Source: Cycas panzhihuaensis
Taxonomy: Eukaryota; Plantae; Cycadophyta
DNA length: 64,000 nt
Assembly (NCBI GenBank): GCA_023213395.1
Contig: CM041465.1
Span: 216,945,741 to 217,009,740 of the forward strand
Direction of reading: 5' to 3'
Below are positions 25,066 to 39,251 of the stretch, piece after piece (within the stretch, counting starts at the first letter, position 1; each line of letters opens with the position of its first letter). The notes under the pieces are model-generated. The model had not been told where the DNA came from and ran no database searches. It saw nothing but the letters and a program-made list of their open reading frames with translations. The position numbers were made by a program, and so were the translations under genes.

Positions 25066-28000
25066 TCATTTGTAAGGTTCTAACCTATTACCATTTACCA
25101 CCTTTGGCAGAGTTTTACCATCAAGTTGTCCAAGTTGGACTGCCCCATTCTTGCCAATACGAATTACCTTGTATGGTCCTAACCAGCATAATTTCAACTT
25201 ACTTGGTTTTGTACAAAATTTACTATCGTACATCAGTACCAAATCACCTTCATGAAATTCTTGTACTCTTAAGTGTCGGTCATGCCAAGCCTTTAGTTGT
25301 TTTTTCGTTTTCATTTCCCACAATGCTTGTGCCATTTTTTCATCTAATTTAAATAGCTTCATGATCCTCTCGTTCCACGAGTCTTGCTCGTTCATCTGTA
25401 GTTGAACAACCATTCGAAAGCTTTCCACTTGGAATTCCAATGGAAGTACTGCTTCTAACCTGTATACCAACTGAAAAGGTGTTTGTTTATGTGGTTGCTT
25501 AATCGTTGTTTGATCCACCCAAAGGACAGAATGCAATCGTTCTGCCCAATCCGTTCTTCCTTCATTGTAGATCTTGGATAAAGCTGTCTTCAAAATTTTG
25601 TTAGTGCTTTCTACTTAACCATTGGCTCTAGGTTAGTAGGGAGAAGATTGAAAATGCTGAATTATGAATTTATTAGTCAATTGCTTTATAGTACCATTTA
25701 AAAAACTACTACCCTGATCTGATACTAGTTCTAATGGACAACCAAAATGGACAATGATGTCTTCATATAGAAATTTCGCAGTACTTCTTGCGTCACAATG
25801 CCTGAAAGGTCGAGCGTCTATCCATTTCGTGAAGAAATCAGTGGCCACTAATATGTATATCGCATTCGTACGCTTTGCTAGAGGACTTATCGGTCTGATA
25901 AAATCCAAACCCTATTTCTCAAAGGGTGCTTGCGCCAGGATTGGATGTAGGGGCATAAAGTGACATTTACGAGGCTTGCCCACTTGCTGGCAAACATCGC
26001 AACTCTTTATCCATTTTGCCGCATCTTCAAATATCGATGGCCACCAAAAGCCTGCTAACAAAATCTTTTGGACTGTGGGTTCCACACCTTGATGCTTGGT
26101 CGCAACTCCTTCGTGTGCTTCCCATAAGATGCCTTGTACCTCATGTTCTAATATGCAGTGTCTAAGCATACCATTTGAACCCATCTTGTATAACATTCCT
26201 CGTATCAGTTGGAAGGGGAAAGTTTTACGAATAAAACTTTGTCGTTCCACTTGTTCTAATCCTCTGGGTGTCTGTCTAGTGGTCAAATATTCTATGATCC
26301 CTTCATACCATTTTGGTATGGCCTTCATAGAAAATAATTGCATGTTGGGGAAGTCGTCTGATACTCCTGTAGCCGGTTTCCCGCCTATCCCCCTTGATAG
26401 CACATCTGGTATTGTATGTTTGTTCCCTTTCTTAACCACAATTTTGAAATTAAACTCTTGAAACAACATCAGTCATCTGTTGATTCTGCCTTGCATAATG
26501 GGTTTATTTATCAAATATTTCAAGGCTTGATGATCTACATAAAAGATGAATATGTTGGCTAATAGATAATGTCTGAATTTTTGCAAGGCATAGACCATGC
26601 CTAAGCCTTCTTGCTCAGTGACTGAGTAATTCTGTTCGGCAGGAGTCAATTTCCTACTGGCAAAGTGAATAGGTAGGTCTATATTACTATCCCCAGGTTG
26701 AGTTAAGACACATCCGATTGCCATCAACGAAGCATCGACATGTACATGGAATGGTCGGTCCCAATCTGGAAACCTTAAAATAGGAGCTTTTGCGATTTTC
26801 TTTTTTAACAAATCAAATGTTAATTGCTGTCGCAATTTCCATTTCCAAGCTATCTTTTTCTTGAGCAGATTCTCTAAGGGATTTGCAATCTGTGCATACC
26901 CTTTTATAAATTTCCGATAATAACCTGTCATGCCAAGAAAAGCTTTTACCTGCTCCATTGTTTTTGGTGCCTAAAAGTTCAAAATTATTGTTACCTTACC
27001 TGGGTCTGTTCGTAGACCATCCTTGCTCATAATATGCCCCAAGAGAGATCCAAAGGGAATAAGGAATGTATATTTTGTCAAATTCAAGGAGAGTTTACTT
27101 TTTCAACACATTTCCAACATTAATCTCAAATTCGTCGAATGATTCTTCAATAATGAATATCGAAAAAGACTTCAATTGACTTACCAATTGCATGTCAAAA
27201 AATATTCAGGATTATTCTCTGAAAGGTGGTTGGTGCATTCGTTAATCCAAAGGGCATAACCTTGTAAGCGTATGTCCCCCATTTTGTGACAAAAGTCATC
27301 TTCAACTGATCCTGTTCTGCAATTTTCACTTGATTATATCTGCTAAAACCATCTGTGAATGAATATACTGCATGGCCTGCTACCTTTTCCAGAATATTTT
27401 TGCAAACGGTATTGGGAATGGATCTTTTTTTGTTGCTTTGTTTAGGGCTCTATAATCCACGCAGACACGAAGCTTCCCGTTCTTTTTGGGTACTACCACC
27501 ATTGGACTTACCTATTTGCTGGTTTTGACTTCAAAAATATAGCCGACTTCCAATAATTTATCCAATACAGCCTTAACTTTTTCCTTATATTTTGGATTCA
27601 TCTGCTAAGGACGCTGATGTATGGGCTTTATTCTCTCCATTAATTCAATTCGGTGTTCTACCAATTCTGGTGTTATCCCTTTTAAATCTTGGTAGGACCA
27701 GGCAAAAACATCTTTGTATTCTGAAAATAAATTTATAGCTTGCTAAACAGTATCGTTATCCCAATAGTCTCCTATTAAGATCATTTGGTGATGTTCTTCT
27801 GTGCTCAAATTTATTTGTTGTATTTTAAATTGTTCATTCTACACTATTCTGCCATCTTCATTCAACTTGTATGCTTGCGTTTGATCAATTATTCTACTTC
27901 CATATTCCATATTGGAATATTCACCAAGAGATTCACAATCCTTATCCACCGCTTCGATTTGATTATAGCTCTACTCAATTTCAATCCCAGGGGCGCTCAT

Positions 28001-29236
28001 CATTTTTGAAATTCCCAAGTCATGGTTATGGTGTGAAAAAGCTTTGCAAAACTTATTGCTGAGTAAATTCCATTTTGTCATCTTTATTTTTTCACACTGA
28101 TTGTACCACAAACCCAAAATTCCTTCCAGAGTCTGGGCCCATGTTTATACCCATTCACCTTTTGGAATTTGCTTCATTTTCCAAATTTGTTCACACTTTC
28201 TTATATGAGTCATGGGGTCATCATTATCTCGAAATATTGGCAATTCATTATCTTGTTTTTGAAATCTTAATAAAAGATTTTTGCACAATTCGTTTCATGA
28301 TCTAAATTTGCTACCATAAATCGAAAACTATGTCGTAGCTTGCCATTCAAAAGACAATGAGAACAAGTAACAAAAATCTTCATGCTGATTATTATTTGTT
28401 AACAATTGAGTACAATATTCTATATGGTTGTTTGCCTGATTTGCTTGACCCCAGAATTTATTTCCTTTTGTGAAACTTTCTTCCAAGCTCCTTGTGCTTT
28501 CTTTTGTTTGGAGATTTGCCGCTTCATCTTTTGTTGGGTCTTCTGATTCCGGAGAGTCCATACATGCTTCCAGCTTGTAGCAAGAAGCAGATTCCGTTTC
28601 TTCCCAAGCATTCTGCAACCAATTCATCATGTATGTTGACGATGCACTACTTGGTACATTTGGTTGAAGCTAGTAAACAATTTTCGAACATGGGCTTACA
28701 GTGGGCTCTAATCCCATAGTTGTAGATGATGCTCATTCATCATCAACTATCTTCTCAATCTGAGGGCCATCTGAGCATAATGGTAGAGTCACAACTTTAT
28801 TTCTTGTTTTCAGCATAAATGTGAATTCTCTCTAGTCTTGGATGGCTTTTGTAGCTAATAACCAAGGTCTTCCTAGTAATGCTGGATATGTTCTCTTTTC
28901 ATTCTGCATTTGCACCACTGCAAAATCCAATAGGACAGTGATTCCTGCAACTATGGTTAGTACGTTCATTAATGTTCCCATTGGTCTCACCTGCAACTGG
29001 TTGGCCAATCTTATTGAATAGTCTGGGGCAACCATTTCCAGCCTTCCCAATTCAATCCAAGAAGACTCAGGGAGCACATTAACTCCTGATCCTCCATCCA
29101 CGATTGTTTTACATAGCATCGCCTGAAAAATAATCATTGGGACGCTTGGGTGAACCCCTTTTTCTTTGACAGCTCTCATTACAGGCTTTTTTATCTGGTT
29201 TAAAACCAACTGTTGAAAATACCAGCCTCCCACCAT
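25066..29236 (-). pseudogene. pol: Element B pol (PR, RT, RNase H, integrase) with stops and deletions
   Basis: ORF fragments 28832-29236, 26473-26958, 25912-26469, 25633-25908 and 25066-25593. Confidence 0.92.
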
Positions 29237-29589
29237 TTGAATACAACAACAATGGGGATTGAGACTCCTAGTTCAATTAATAAATCCTTAACTGTCTGAA
29301 GCCTTAACTATGGATTCATACCTTCTTTTGGCTGAATTTTTTTAGGGGCTACTCGTCACTTATATGTTTGACCTTTAAATTGTCCTTCATGCTGGGATTC
29401 TTCTTACTGAGCTTTGCTAATTGCATCTTGCAGAATCTTCACATCTTCCTGGAGTCTTTGTTTTTCTATTACTGGATTCGAGAAACTCTCTTGAACAGGT
29501 GTTGAAGTTACTTTCCTGCTTCATGTTTGCAACTGGAGGGGCACTTCCTTATTTGGAACGATCACGACCAAATTAGCATTCTGTGTTTT

Positions 29590-30930
29590 ATTTTTTGGAC
29601 AATTTGTCCACTCATGATCCACCGGTCCACATTCTTCATAGATGAATTCTCCACCCTTTTTCTCTAATGGACAGTCTGATCTAAAATGACCTCATCTTTG
29701 GCATAGAAAACAACGGACTAGCTTTGTTTTCCCTTTATATTGCCTTCCTATTTTTTTCGGCTTTTGCAGGAATACATTGTGGACATCATTTTTAGGTTGA
29801 GAAAAACATTTCCACGTATTGCGGTTAGTTTTTCTACAATATTCACACCATGTTGGCGCTTTATTATGCTCATTCCTTAGATGACCTTGTTGATTACACC
29901 GTGGTGGACACCATATATTATCTTGTGACTTTTTCAAATGCAACCTAGCTAATTCTACAAATAATTTCTCCATCTCTTGGTTTTGGTGCATGTTAGCTGG
30001 TATCGCCATTAATGGTTGTTGTCTTAATGCTTCCACCTCCTTTCTCAGTGCTTCGATCTCCAGATTTATTCCCATCTTGGGTGTTTGATTATATGTTCCA
30101 CTGATGATGGCTGAGAAAAAGCTAGACCCATTTGTCCCGTTTGTTGATTTGCCCATTAAGAGTATGCAGTCTTCATTTGATTTTCAAACTTTAGGGCTAG
30201 CACATGTACTTGTTTATAATTATTCATCGGGTGCAACATGACTTTATCCCTCAATTGTGGAATTAAGCCTTGAACAAAATATTTCATCGCTAGCATCGGA
30301 CTAATTGCTATTATTGGTTGTATTTTGCTCATTATTATCCTCATTCGACCATCAAAATCATTTATAGATTTTTCGGGATATTGTTTTGTTTCTTCTAGGG
30401 CCTGAAAAATGGCCATGGGGTCTCTCAATTTTTGGAATCGATCCAAAAATTGGTCTTGCAATCTATCCCATGATAGATTCTGTGCTGCAACATACTGGAA
30501 CCATGCAATTACTACTTCCCGCAAAGTGGAAAAAATTGGGCTTTTATCTCCACTAGATCTGTGTCTTTCTTTATTTTTAGCATATTTTTAAATAATGCTA
30601 AACGATCTCTTGGCTCTGTCGATCCATCAAATTGTATACTCGAAAAGGCAGAGTCGTTTTGTACAATTATATAAGGTCCAACTGGTCCTGCTCCGCTCCC
30701 TTGGCCCATTCCGCTTAACGACGGGTTGCCACTTCCTCCTACATTGGTAAATGATGACTGATTTGATGATGGACCTTTGCCTCCCAAGTTCTCACATCGG
30801 GGTGGGCTTCCCTGCCTGCACTCCCCCTTGGGCTTACCATTGTGGACTTAAACAAGGGATTCAAAATATGACTTAAAGGGATTCTAACTTTCAACCAATG
30901 ATGGTTCCACTCCCTATCTGTTGTACTATT
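29590..30930 (-). pseudogene. gag: Element B gag (Retrotrans_gag domain and CCHC-like knuckles); 5' part displaced by the inversion
   Basis: 'AWFQY..LSWDRLQDQFLDRF..FVQGLIPQLR' (30156-30524) and 'CNQQGH', 'CEYCRKTN', 'CFLCQR' (29692-30156). Confidence 0.85.
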
Positions 30931-30939
30931 TGCACTTTC

Positions 30940-33479
30940 CAACAAAAACTATCCCAACACCTTTAATAGGAATAGCTCTCGTATCCCCAAGAATGATATT
31001 TGCATCACTAGAATTTAAGTCCCATGCAATAAAATTCCCTACGCACTAGAGTCAAGGATCCAAGAGCCCCTTTGTTCTGTTGATATAATAGGCGAAATCA
31101 AATACTTCAATGTAATGAGCGACAACACCCTTTCCTTTATCATTTTGGCGTGCTTTTATTGGTCTATCCTCTTGAACCAACAACTCTTTTCCTTATGGCC
31201 ATTCTTCTTACAGTAATTGCACTTTCCAACAAATTTCTTCTTCTTCTCTCAACATGTTTCTCAAGCCTTTTCTGGATTTTTTCCCCCGCGATCACCATCT
31301 TTCATCTACATCTAAATGACTAAGGCACGATTGGATTCAAAACCCCCCAGTATGCCATGCTGTTTCAACTTGGCATCTTCAACTAGAAAGAAATTTTTCA
31401 ACGATTCAAATGTTTCACCTTCTATAACTTCATCTCTGGCATAGATAATTTGAAAGGTACTAAACACAGTTAGTAGTTTCCACATAGTGATCACAAATAG
31501 CATCTATTTGTCAATTGAGTCTTCTTTTATCTCTTCTAGCTTGTTCTTCAAATTTGTTATTTTGTTCAAGTAGGTGCTTATGTTCTCTTCCTCGACAACA
31601 ACATTCAACAACTCCATCATCAACATAACTCAAGGATTTGATTTCTTTTCTTCAAACTTCTTATTTAATTTCATCAAGATCTCATGCATAATCTCCAGGT
31701 TGTGAACAAGAGCTCTCTAATCTAAAGCCAACGACAACTTCAGCTACCTAATGATAGTAAATTATTTCTCTTCAAATTTCTCTTTTTCCTTTGCATCTAT
31801 TAGAATAACAATAGCCTTCTCTTTGGTAATTTTCCATAATTGATTTACCATTAAAACAAGCTCCACATTTGCCTTCCATTCACTGAAGTTATTGCCATTA
31901 AAATCACTTGTGACAATTTCTCCATTCTATATATGGTGCAAAAAACTGAGCCCATAGTAACCAATGATCCTCTAGACAATAGAAAAAATACATGGCAACA
32001 CTTTCACACACTTGCATCCAAATTTTAAAACTCTGAACAACAATCCACACTCAACAAAGCATCCATTTGCCAAAATATTGGCCGAGCAACAAGATTTTTA
32101 GGCCTACATGCTCCACACACTTTAATATAAATCTTTCGTAGGCTCTAGGACAAATACATTGCACCCAACACTCTCCGGGCAACACAAAGTCCCTCAAAAA
32201 AATGACTTTCAACTAACAAAACATGAAAATGGCTATACCCAATGGCCTCTAGAGGTAAATTTTATAAAAAACATAAAAATCACCAATTTTTTTGCTCGAA
32301 ATGGCGAATTTTTTCACAAAACGATCAAGTGCCATATATGCAATGGCTTTCCACCTTGTAATATTCCAAATTTGAAACAGAATATGCTAAATGGGCAGTG
32401 GTGATTTTTTTACACCCATGCGTCTAATTTATAATAGTCTCAACTCAAAACATGTGCTAAAACACACTTTAATATATGTAATATATTTACTTAGGTTTTA
32501 ATTTTAGTATATAATAGATACCTTTTCTCAAAAGTTGCCTATGTCCAAAAACAAACTGACACACCACGTTTATAATAATTCCATCTCCACTGCTTCTTAA
32601 ACGACATCCATGGCCAACACAGAACACTCACATGCTTCCAATGGCCACAAAAACCCTCACCCAACTCTAAACAAAATGATTAGTTTACAAACAACCGCCT
32701 ACAACTCACCAACAAACACCAAATCACCTTCACACAAAAGAACACAACAACACACCACAAGCTACAAGTAGAAAATTCCCAAAACATAATTAATTTCACT
32801 CATATGAGGTGCCAATAGCCTTGCTATTGTCTTAACAATAAATTTTGATGCCCAATGTTGCCAAATGGAGATTAAATGGAGCCCAACTTTTTTAAAATGA
32901 GCCCAATGCAACCCACCACTAATAAGTCACCTTGAAATACAGCGTAACAAGCATATGGAGTCCCCAACATGCCCAACTAACCCTGGAACGCTCTAATATG
33001 AGCCCAACACAGTCTAAATAGTGCCCAACATTGATTTATAACCATACATAGTGATAAAATCCTATTGACAAGCGAATTCCACCTGCTCAATGAACATTGC
33101 ACCTCTGTGACGTTCTTTTAGTTGTCAGAGAAGATAAAATTGCTACAAGCATGGCTCTCACCAACATTACTAGGCAACCTTTGATCCCATCACCTTCACC
33201 GAATCATAGCCTTAGTTATGTATGTCTATTAAACTATAATACCATGTGAAGAAACATGCATACATGTTTTCTAAACTATAGGATATTGATCATACATAAC
33301 GAGCAAAGTATCAAAAAGCAAAGCACACACAGAACACAGGTTTTTACATGAAAAAACCATTTAGTAAAAAACCCACAACAAAAAATCAATCAAACATATT
33401 TATTCCACTTTATTGAATTTACAATGGGCTCTAGGATCTTTTATAATCCCCCAAACAGTGTGTCCAACCCATTGATTGC
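30940..33479 (-). mobile_element. Inverted 5' half of Copia D (right part of 5' LTR, PBS, 5' UTR, gag, zinc knuckle, start of PR)
   Basis: The minus strand reads LTR end TTCACA (33250-33245), PBS, gag 'DFNGNNFSEWKANVELVL' (~31900), 'CNYCKKNGHKEKSCW' (~31220-31175) and 'WILDS'. This is opposite in orientation to D's pol at 41786-45056. Confidence 0.88.
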
Positions 33480-34133
33480 TGCGTGTGGGCAAAACTGCAC
33501 ACACAATTTTGAAAAGGAAATTTGACTTTTGGATTACGAGCGGGTTGTAGTCAAGGAGCAACTACCAGCAGATCGTGGTTTGGGCCGTGATCGCGAGCAG
33601 ATCGTGGTTTGGGCCGTGATCGCGAGCAGATCGTGGTTCGGGTCGTGATCGCAATCAAATTGCAGTTCGGGTCGAGGTTGCGAGCAGATCGCAGTTCGGA
33701 TCGAGATTGCGAACTGATCACAGCCAGTCAGAAGCACAAGTTGATCATAGTCAAAAACATAATTACGAACAAATTGTAATTGAGGACCACGATAAAATAA
33801 TAATTTGAATGTACTTTGAAACACTGATGAATCAACTGTTGTTTCAGTTGTAACCAATGACAGTTGAAACCATTGGGAATTATGGATAAATGACAGTGAA
33901 AGGGGGAGGGTTGAAACAACAATGATGATGATGAGTACTTTGTAGAATCTTATCGTTGTAAGCTTGATTAGCAGTCGACTTTCTGTGTACTGCCAAGTCT
34001 ACGTCTAGTTGTGGCAGGACCAAACGCAGTTCCCTATCTTAATGGTATTATGTTCTGTATCATATCAGTGTTCCTTGTGCTTGCCTTATTCATTGATGGG
34101 TGTTTTGGTAGACGAATAGGTGCACGACACACA
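33480..34133 (+). repeat. Element B 5' LTR (654 bp), now in inverted orientation, followed by PBS-like TGGTTCTGCTGCC (34135-34147) and the B leader/gag start
   Basis: Reverse complement of 22140-22851 lacking two 29-bp units. Preceded by ATTGC (33475-33479), the reverse complement of the left-flank GCAAT. Confidence 0.92.
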
Positions 34134-34535
34134 TTGGTTCTGCTGCCTAATGAAATTCAGGCGATTCAAAAACATCAAAATGGATAGAGCCGAATAAATA
34201 AATTGGACCTCTTCCGTGCCACCCAGGGTAGAAAAAGAATCACGAAGAGAACGCAGAGAATGCTGGGATAACGATAGACTCCAGACTGGAGTAAGGACGC
34301 TGAGATTTATAATCACACCAAGAAAACAAGTGAAGAGGCGACCACTTGCTAACTCGATTGGAAGAAGGAAATCGAGTAAGGAAGGTGAAAAGCAAACAGA
34401 GGTGGAAACACTTGAAGAGTTTATCAAAGAGAAGATAATTGAAGTTGAAGAGAGCCAAGGGTATGCATTAAAAGAGGATCCTATTGGAATAGAAGCTTAA
34501 GAGAGCAAGAGTGATAAAGAATTTGTTGAAGACTT

Positions 34536-35089
34536 TGTGAAAAGAGGCTAGATGGCCTCAACAGTCCCTAGATCTAGAAACTAGCATCACTCTAGTTCTA
34601 GTTGCAAAAATATAAACAAGTATAATAAACTCAAGGCAAAGAGAAAGCAAAGAGACAAAACTTGAATGAAGGAGCAAGAGAAAATGATACCCAATATGTG
34701 GAGTTGGAATTGGTCCAACCTCCCAAGAATGAACAGTTTGATTAGCAAATTGATAGCATAACAATACAGCTCCAACTCTTGTGTGAGACAATGAGGAGAG
34801 GTCTCATTATATAGAGTGAAATGAGAGACCTAAGGCCTTGGATGTTTGACAAGTGTCAAACATCCAAGATACATGCCTTGCACGTTGGACATGTGTCCTT
34901 TTGGGCTCTCACGTGAGCAAAAGTGCATGAGGGTCCATTTGACCCTTTAGTGACAACGTTGTGTCACTAGAAAGAATGTTGGTGTGCACTTTATCACTTA
35001 AGTGATAAGTCACCCCTAAAGTAAAAAGTGCATATATTACATGAAAAATAAAAGTACATTAACTTAATATTTAAACATAAGGTTTAACA
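34536..35089 (-). repeat. Element A 3' LTR
   Basis: TG..CA termini; adjacent to the PPT. Confidence 0.97.
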
Positions 35090-38000
35090 CCCCCCCTTAC
35101 TGTTTACAATGTTAAGTCGGACACCAAGACCATCTCTGAATTTTACAAACTTGTCTCTACCAAGAGGCTTGGTAAAGATGTCTACCGCTCCTCTCGTAGG
35201 TCTCAGATCGAGGTTGATCTCACCATTCGAACATGTTCTCGATGAAGTGATGGTGAACCTCAATGTGTTTTGTCCGCGCATGAAAGACTGGATTCTTAGC
35301 TAACTTGAGCACACTTTGATTGTCACAATGTATCCTAGTGGGGTGACCCTGCTCAAGTCCAAGTTCCCCAAGAACTGGTCAGAGCGGATAGCCTCACAAG
35401 TCACGATCGCAGCCTTTGTACTCTGCCGGTGGAGGACAAGGTAACATTGGGTTGCTTCTTGCAACTCCACGAAACAATCGCTAAACCAAGGGAAAACAAC
35501 ATCCCGAGGTTGATCTCCTGCTATCTTGGCAACCTGCCCAATCAGAATCTGAGAACCCTTCCAGAGTGAAGTTCTCATTATGTGCATACTCAAGGCCATC
35601 TTTGTAATGTGCCTTTGATGTACTTAAGTATGTGTTTGGTCATTCCATGTATCCGATTGGGTTGAGACATGTAACGTGAGCAAATCCCAACAAAGAAATG
35701 AAATATCCTACGAAAGTGTTGGTGAGATAAATGAGACTCCCAATCAACTGTCGGTAAAGTGTGGGATCTGCCAGTGCAGCTTCCTCATTGAGAGTAAGCT
35801 TAGATCCATTCTCCATAGGTGTAGGCGTTGTTTTACAGTCGTGCATCCTGAACCCAATGTCCCAAGAATATTTCGCTTGGGAGATGAAGATATAGCCTGG
35901 CTGTTGCCATATCTCAAAGCCTAAAAAATAATGGAGAAGTCCAAGATCTGTCATCTCAAAACTTCTCTTCAAATCATCTTGGAGAATATGAATCATCTTA
36001 GTGTCACTACCAGTGATCACTAAGTCATCTACATACAAGGCAACAAAAATCACAAGGTTTTTTCCATTTTTTATCTGATTAGGATCCAAGTAGATCGATA
36101 AAACCCATGTCTCAAGAAGTAGTCATCGATCTTCGAGTACCATGCCCTTGGAGCTTGCTTCAAGCCATATAACGCCTCTTTTAGGCGATATGCAAGATGC
36201 TCCTTGCCTTGTACTTTGTATCCGGGAGGTTGCTCCAAATACACCTCCTCCTGAAGATCGCCATTAAGAAAGGCGCTCTTCACGTCCATCTGATAAACAG
36301 GCCATTTGCATTGAGCAGCTAAGGCCAAAAGGAGTCTGATGGTGTTCATATTCGCCACTGGTGCAAAAGTTTCTTCATAGTCTATGCCTTCTTTTTGTTT
36401 AAAACCTTTTGCGACAAGGCGTGCTTTCTGCCTTTTAAGTGAACCATCAGAATGGAATTTGGTCTTGTAGACCCATTTGCAATGATTACTGTTGTATTTA
36501 GGCAATTCAACCAAATTCCAAGTACCATTCTTTTCAATAGAATGGATTTCTTCATCCATGGCAGCATTCCAATTTTCATTTTTAGAAGCCTCCTCAAAAG
36601 TGGAAGGCTCATCAACACAAAGCACTTCAGCCATAAGTGCATGATTGGTTTGCTGCCGATATTTAGACGGACGTTTTCCTTCAATGATGTGACCGTCCTA
36701 AACTGTTTGTGTGTACCATTTGGGTAACTTTTGAATTGAAGCTACTTGAACCTCAAGATCTTCTGGTGTAAGTGGTTGGTCAACAGAAGATGTGCTTGGA
36801 TCAAGTGGAGCAAATTCAGTTGAAGTAGACGGTCCACATGGTGTAGATGATGAACATGGTGTAGAGGATTGAGAGGGAAGGAAGGCCTCAACAATCTTCT
36901 TACCTTTGTCAATGGGAGGTTGCATGGATGTTGTTTGCATCTCCTGGTGATCTTCTTCAGCAAAGATGACATCTCTTGAGAGATGCATTTTCTTCCCTAT
37001 AGGATCATACAACTTGTAGACTTTGCTGTGAATGGCATAACCTACAAAGATGCATTTTAGACTATGCTTGTCTAATTTCTTCCTTTGCTAATCGGGAATG
37101 TGCATATAAGCAGTGCACCCAAAAGTCCTTAAATGGTCGATGAGGCTTTTGCCGCACCATGCCTCCTCGGGTGTCATGTTGGTGGCTACGTAGTAGGACT
37201 GCGATTAGCCACATAAGGCATGTGTGAAATGCTTCACTTGATGGCTCGAGTGAGTCCTTGTGCATGCATCATAGCTTTGTCTTTATTGGCCAAAGTTCTG
37301 CTCATCCGCTCGAGACTCCATTTTGTTGAGGAGTGTGAGGTATCGTCGGTTGTCTCCAATGCCGTTATCCTTGCGATTGGGTGAATTCATTTGATGTAAA
37401 TTCACCTCCATTGTCATCTGAATATTTTGATTGAATGGCCAGACTCATTTTCCACTTCAAGTTTGAATTCTTTGAACTTGGAAAATGCTTCAAATTTGTG
37501 TTTGATGAAATAAACCCAAACTTTGTGAGAAAAATCATCAATGAAGGAGATGTAATACAAAGCTCCTCCAAAAGATGATGTCAACATAGGTCCACACAAA
37601 TCCGAATGTACTAGCTGCAGAGGATGTGATGCACGCCACGCTTTGCCTTTAGGGAAAGGCAAGCGATGCTGAGTTCCCATAATGCACGCTTCCATAAAGA
37701 CATTTCGTTCCATAAATCTTAGGAAGCCCATGTACCATGTTCTTGTTGATCATCTACCTCAAATTGTCTAAGCTCAAATGGCCTAGACGTTGATGCCAAA
37801 GTTGCATCTTGGACAAATAAGGAGTGACAATGGAACCAGAGTAAGCAAAATCAAGTGTTATATTATTTGCATCCATCTTGTAGAGGCCTTGATCCTCATA
37901 GCCAACAACTACTACTTGGTCTTCTTTGTCACTAATTATACGTTTCCCGTTTTGGAACAATACACTCATCTGTTGCTTGTCCAACTGGCTAACAGATAGT

Positions 38001-39251
38001 AATTTTTTGTCCATTGAACGTATTAAATAGGCATTGCCATCGGGAAATGTGGAGGAAGGATTTGATGAGGAAAAAAATGGAGTGATTGTGCCTACTCCAG
38101 AAATTTTGGTAGATTGATTATTCCCAAAGGTCACTGATTGACCTTTGCCTTCCTTGATGTTGGTGAGGAGCTCTTCACTTCCAGTCATGTGTTGTGAAGC
38201 TCGAATCAATAATCCAAGTTTCATCAACCTTGGATGTCTGATATGCACAAAACAGTTTGTCTTCATCTGCAAACTAATTAGAGTGGCGTCGATTGCCACC
38301 TCTCTCAAGCCCCTTCCTCTTTGACCTCCTCGATAGGCACCTCGATTTGGTCGAGGGGTTGCCTTCTTCTTTGTTGTTCTTGCGGAAACCGCTGTCGGCT
38401 GCGCTGACGTGCCGCCGTTGTTGTTACCGCTATGGTCGCCATCGTTATTGGCATAGATCTGCTTGCTTTTCCGACACTCAAAAAGCGATGTGGCGGGTTT
38501 GCCACAATAATGACATACAACATTGGTCCTTGAAGACCCAATGTTCATGTTCCCAAACTGCTTTGAAAGTGCAGGTTTGGGTTGCTGTTTGGCCTTTGAA
38601 TTGGCCGTGAATGCACCTATGTAGATGGTCCCTCCTCATTATCCTTAGTGTAGATTTGTTCTTCTTGAAGTAGCGTACTTTCAAATTCTTTGAATGTCAT
38701 AGTTTTGAGGAACCATCTCTTGTAGTAGATGAAATAAAGCCATTGTAGTCTTTCGGTAAGGCTTTGGTGATGGATGTGATCAATTCATCCCTCATTCTTT
38801 GGACTTCCAAGTGTATTCGGTTCATTACATACCTCCTTGATGGAGGAAAAAAAGCGACATGGGCTTGATAAACTTAATAGAATACAATTTTGCTTTAACC
38901 ATTAAAATGCAAGCTTGATCTCGCCTTTCATACAATGAGGACAAGGTGTCCCAAGCTTCCTTAGAAGTGTTAGCACCAAAGAATATTCTGATCTACATTT
39001 ACATCAACAATCATGTGAAGGTATGCCAAAGCAATTTCATCTTTGGCTTCCCAAGCAGCAAGCAAAGCATCATCAGGTTGCACAGTAATATTCCCATTGG
39101 TAACAGGTGCAGGTCGAGGTAATCTCCCAGAAACATAACTCCAAAATTCGTTCATGATTAGCAAGTTCTGAGTGAGTCTCTTCCATTCTTGATAATTATC
39201 TTGTCCTGTTAACCGAATAGTGTATGCATTTAGCATGTTTATGGCAGCCAT
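35084..39251 (-). pseudogene. Element A gag-pol (gag, CCHC knuckle, PR, GAG-pre-integrase, INT, RT, RNase H), frameshifted as given
   Basis: 'LTGQDNYQEWKR' (38970-39251), 'CHYCGKP', 'LWHQRLGHL', 'LVHSDLCGP..FIDDFSHKVWVYF', '[24 protein letters not shown]', 'LYVDDL' and 'DIFTKPL'. Confidence 0.95.

Larger units (their letters stand above)
22140..30939 (-). mobile_element. Ty3/Gypsy element B (non-chromovirus, Athila-like): 3' LTR, extra ORF, INT-RH-RT-PR and most of gag
   Basis: Domain order PR-RT-RH-INT on the minus strand: 'IVDGGSGVNVL' (28832-29236), '[10 protein letters not shown]' (~27440-27470), 'FHVHVDASLMAIGCVL..FASRKL' (26473-26958), INT zinc finger 'H..GF WWP..CDVCQ' and 'LVSDQGSSF'. 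PPT GGGGGAGA at 22852-22859. No chromodomain is visible. Confidence 0.93.

Noticed and set aside
22140-34133. 12-kb element bounded by long terminal inverted repeats (DIRS-like or TIR transposon)
   Set aside because: The repeats are ordinary Gypsy LTRs with PPT, PBS and a DDE integrase. The inverted TSD and flipped host sequence show a secondary inversion, and no tyrosine recombinase or transposase is visible.
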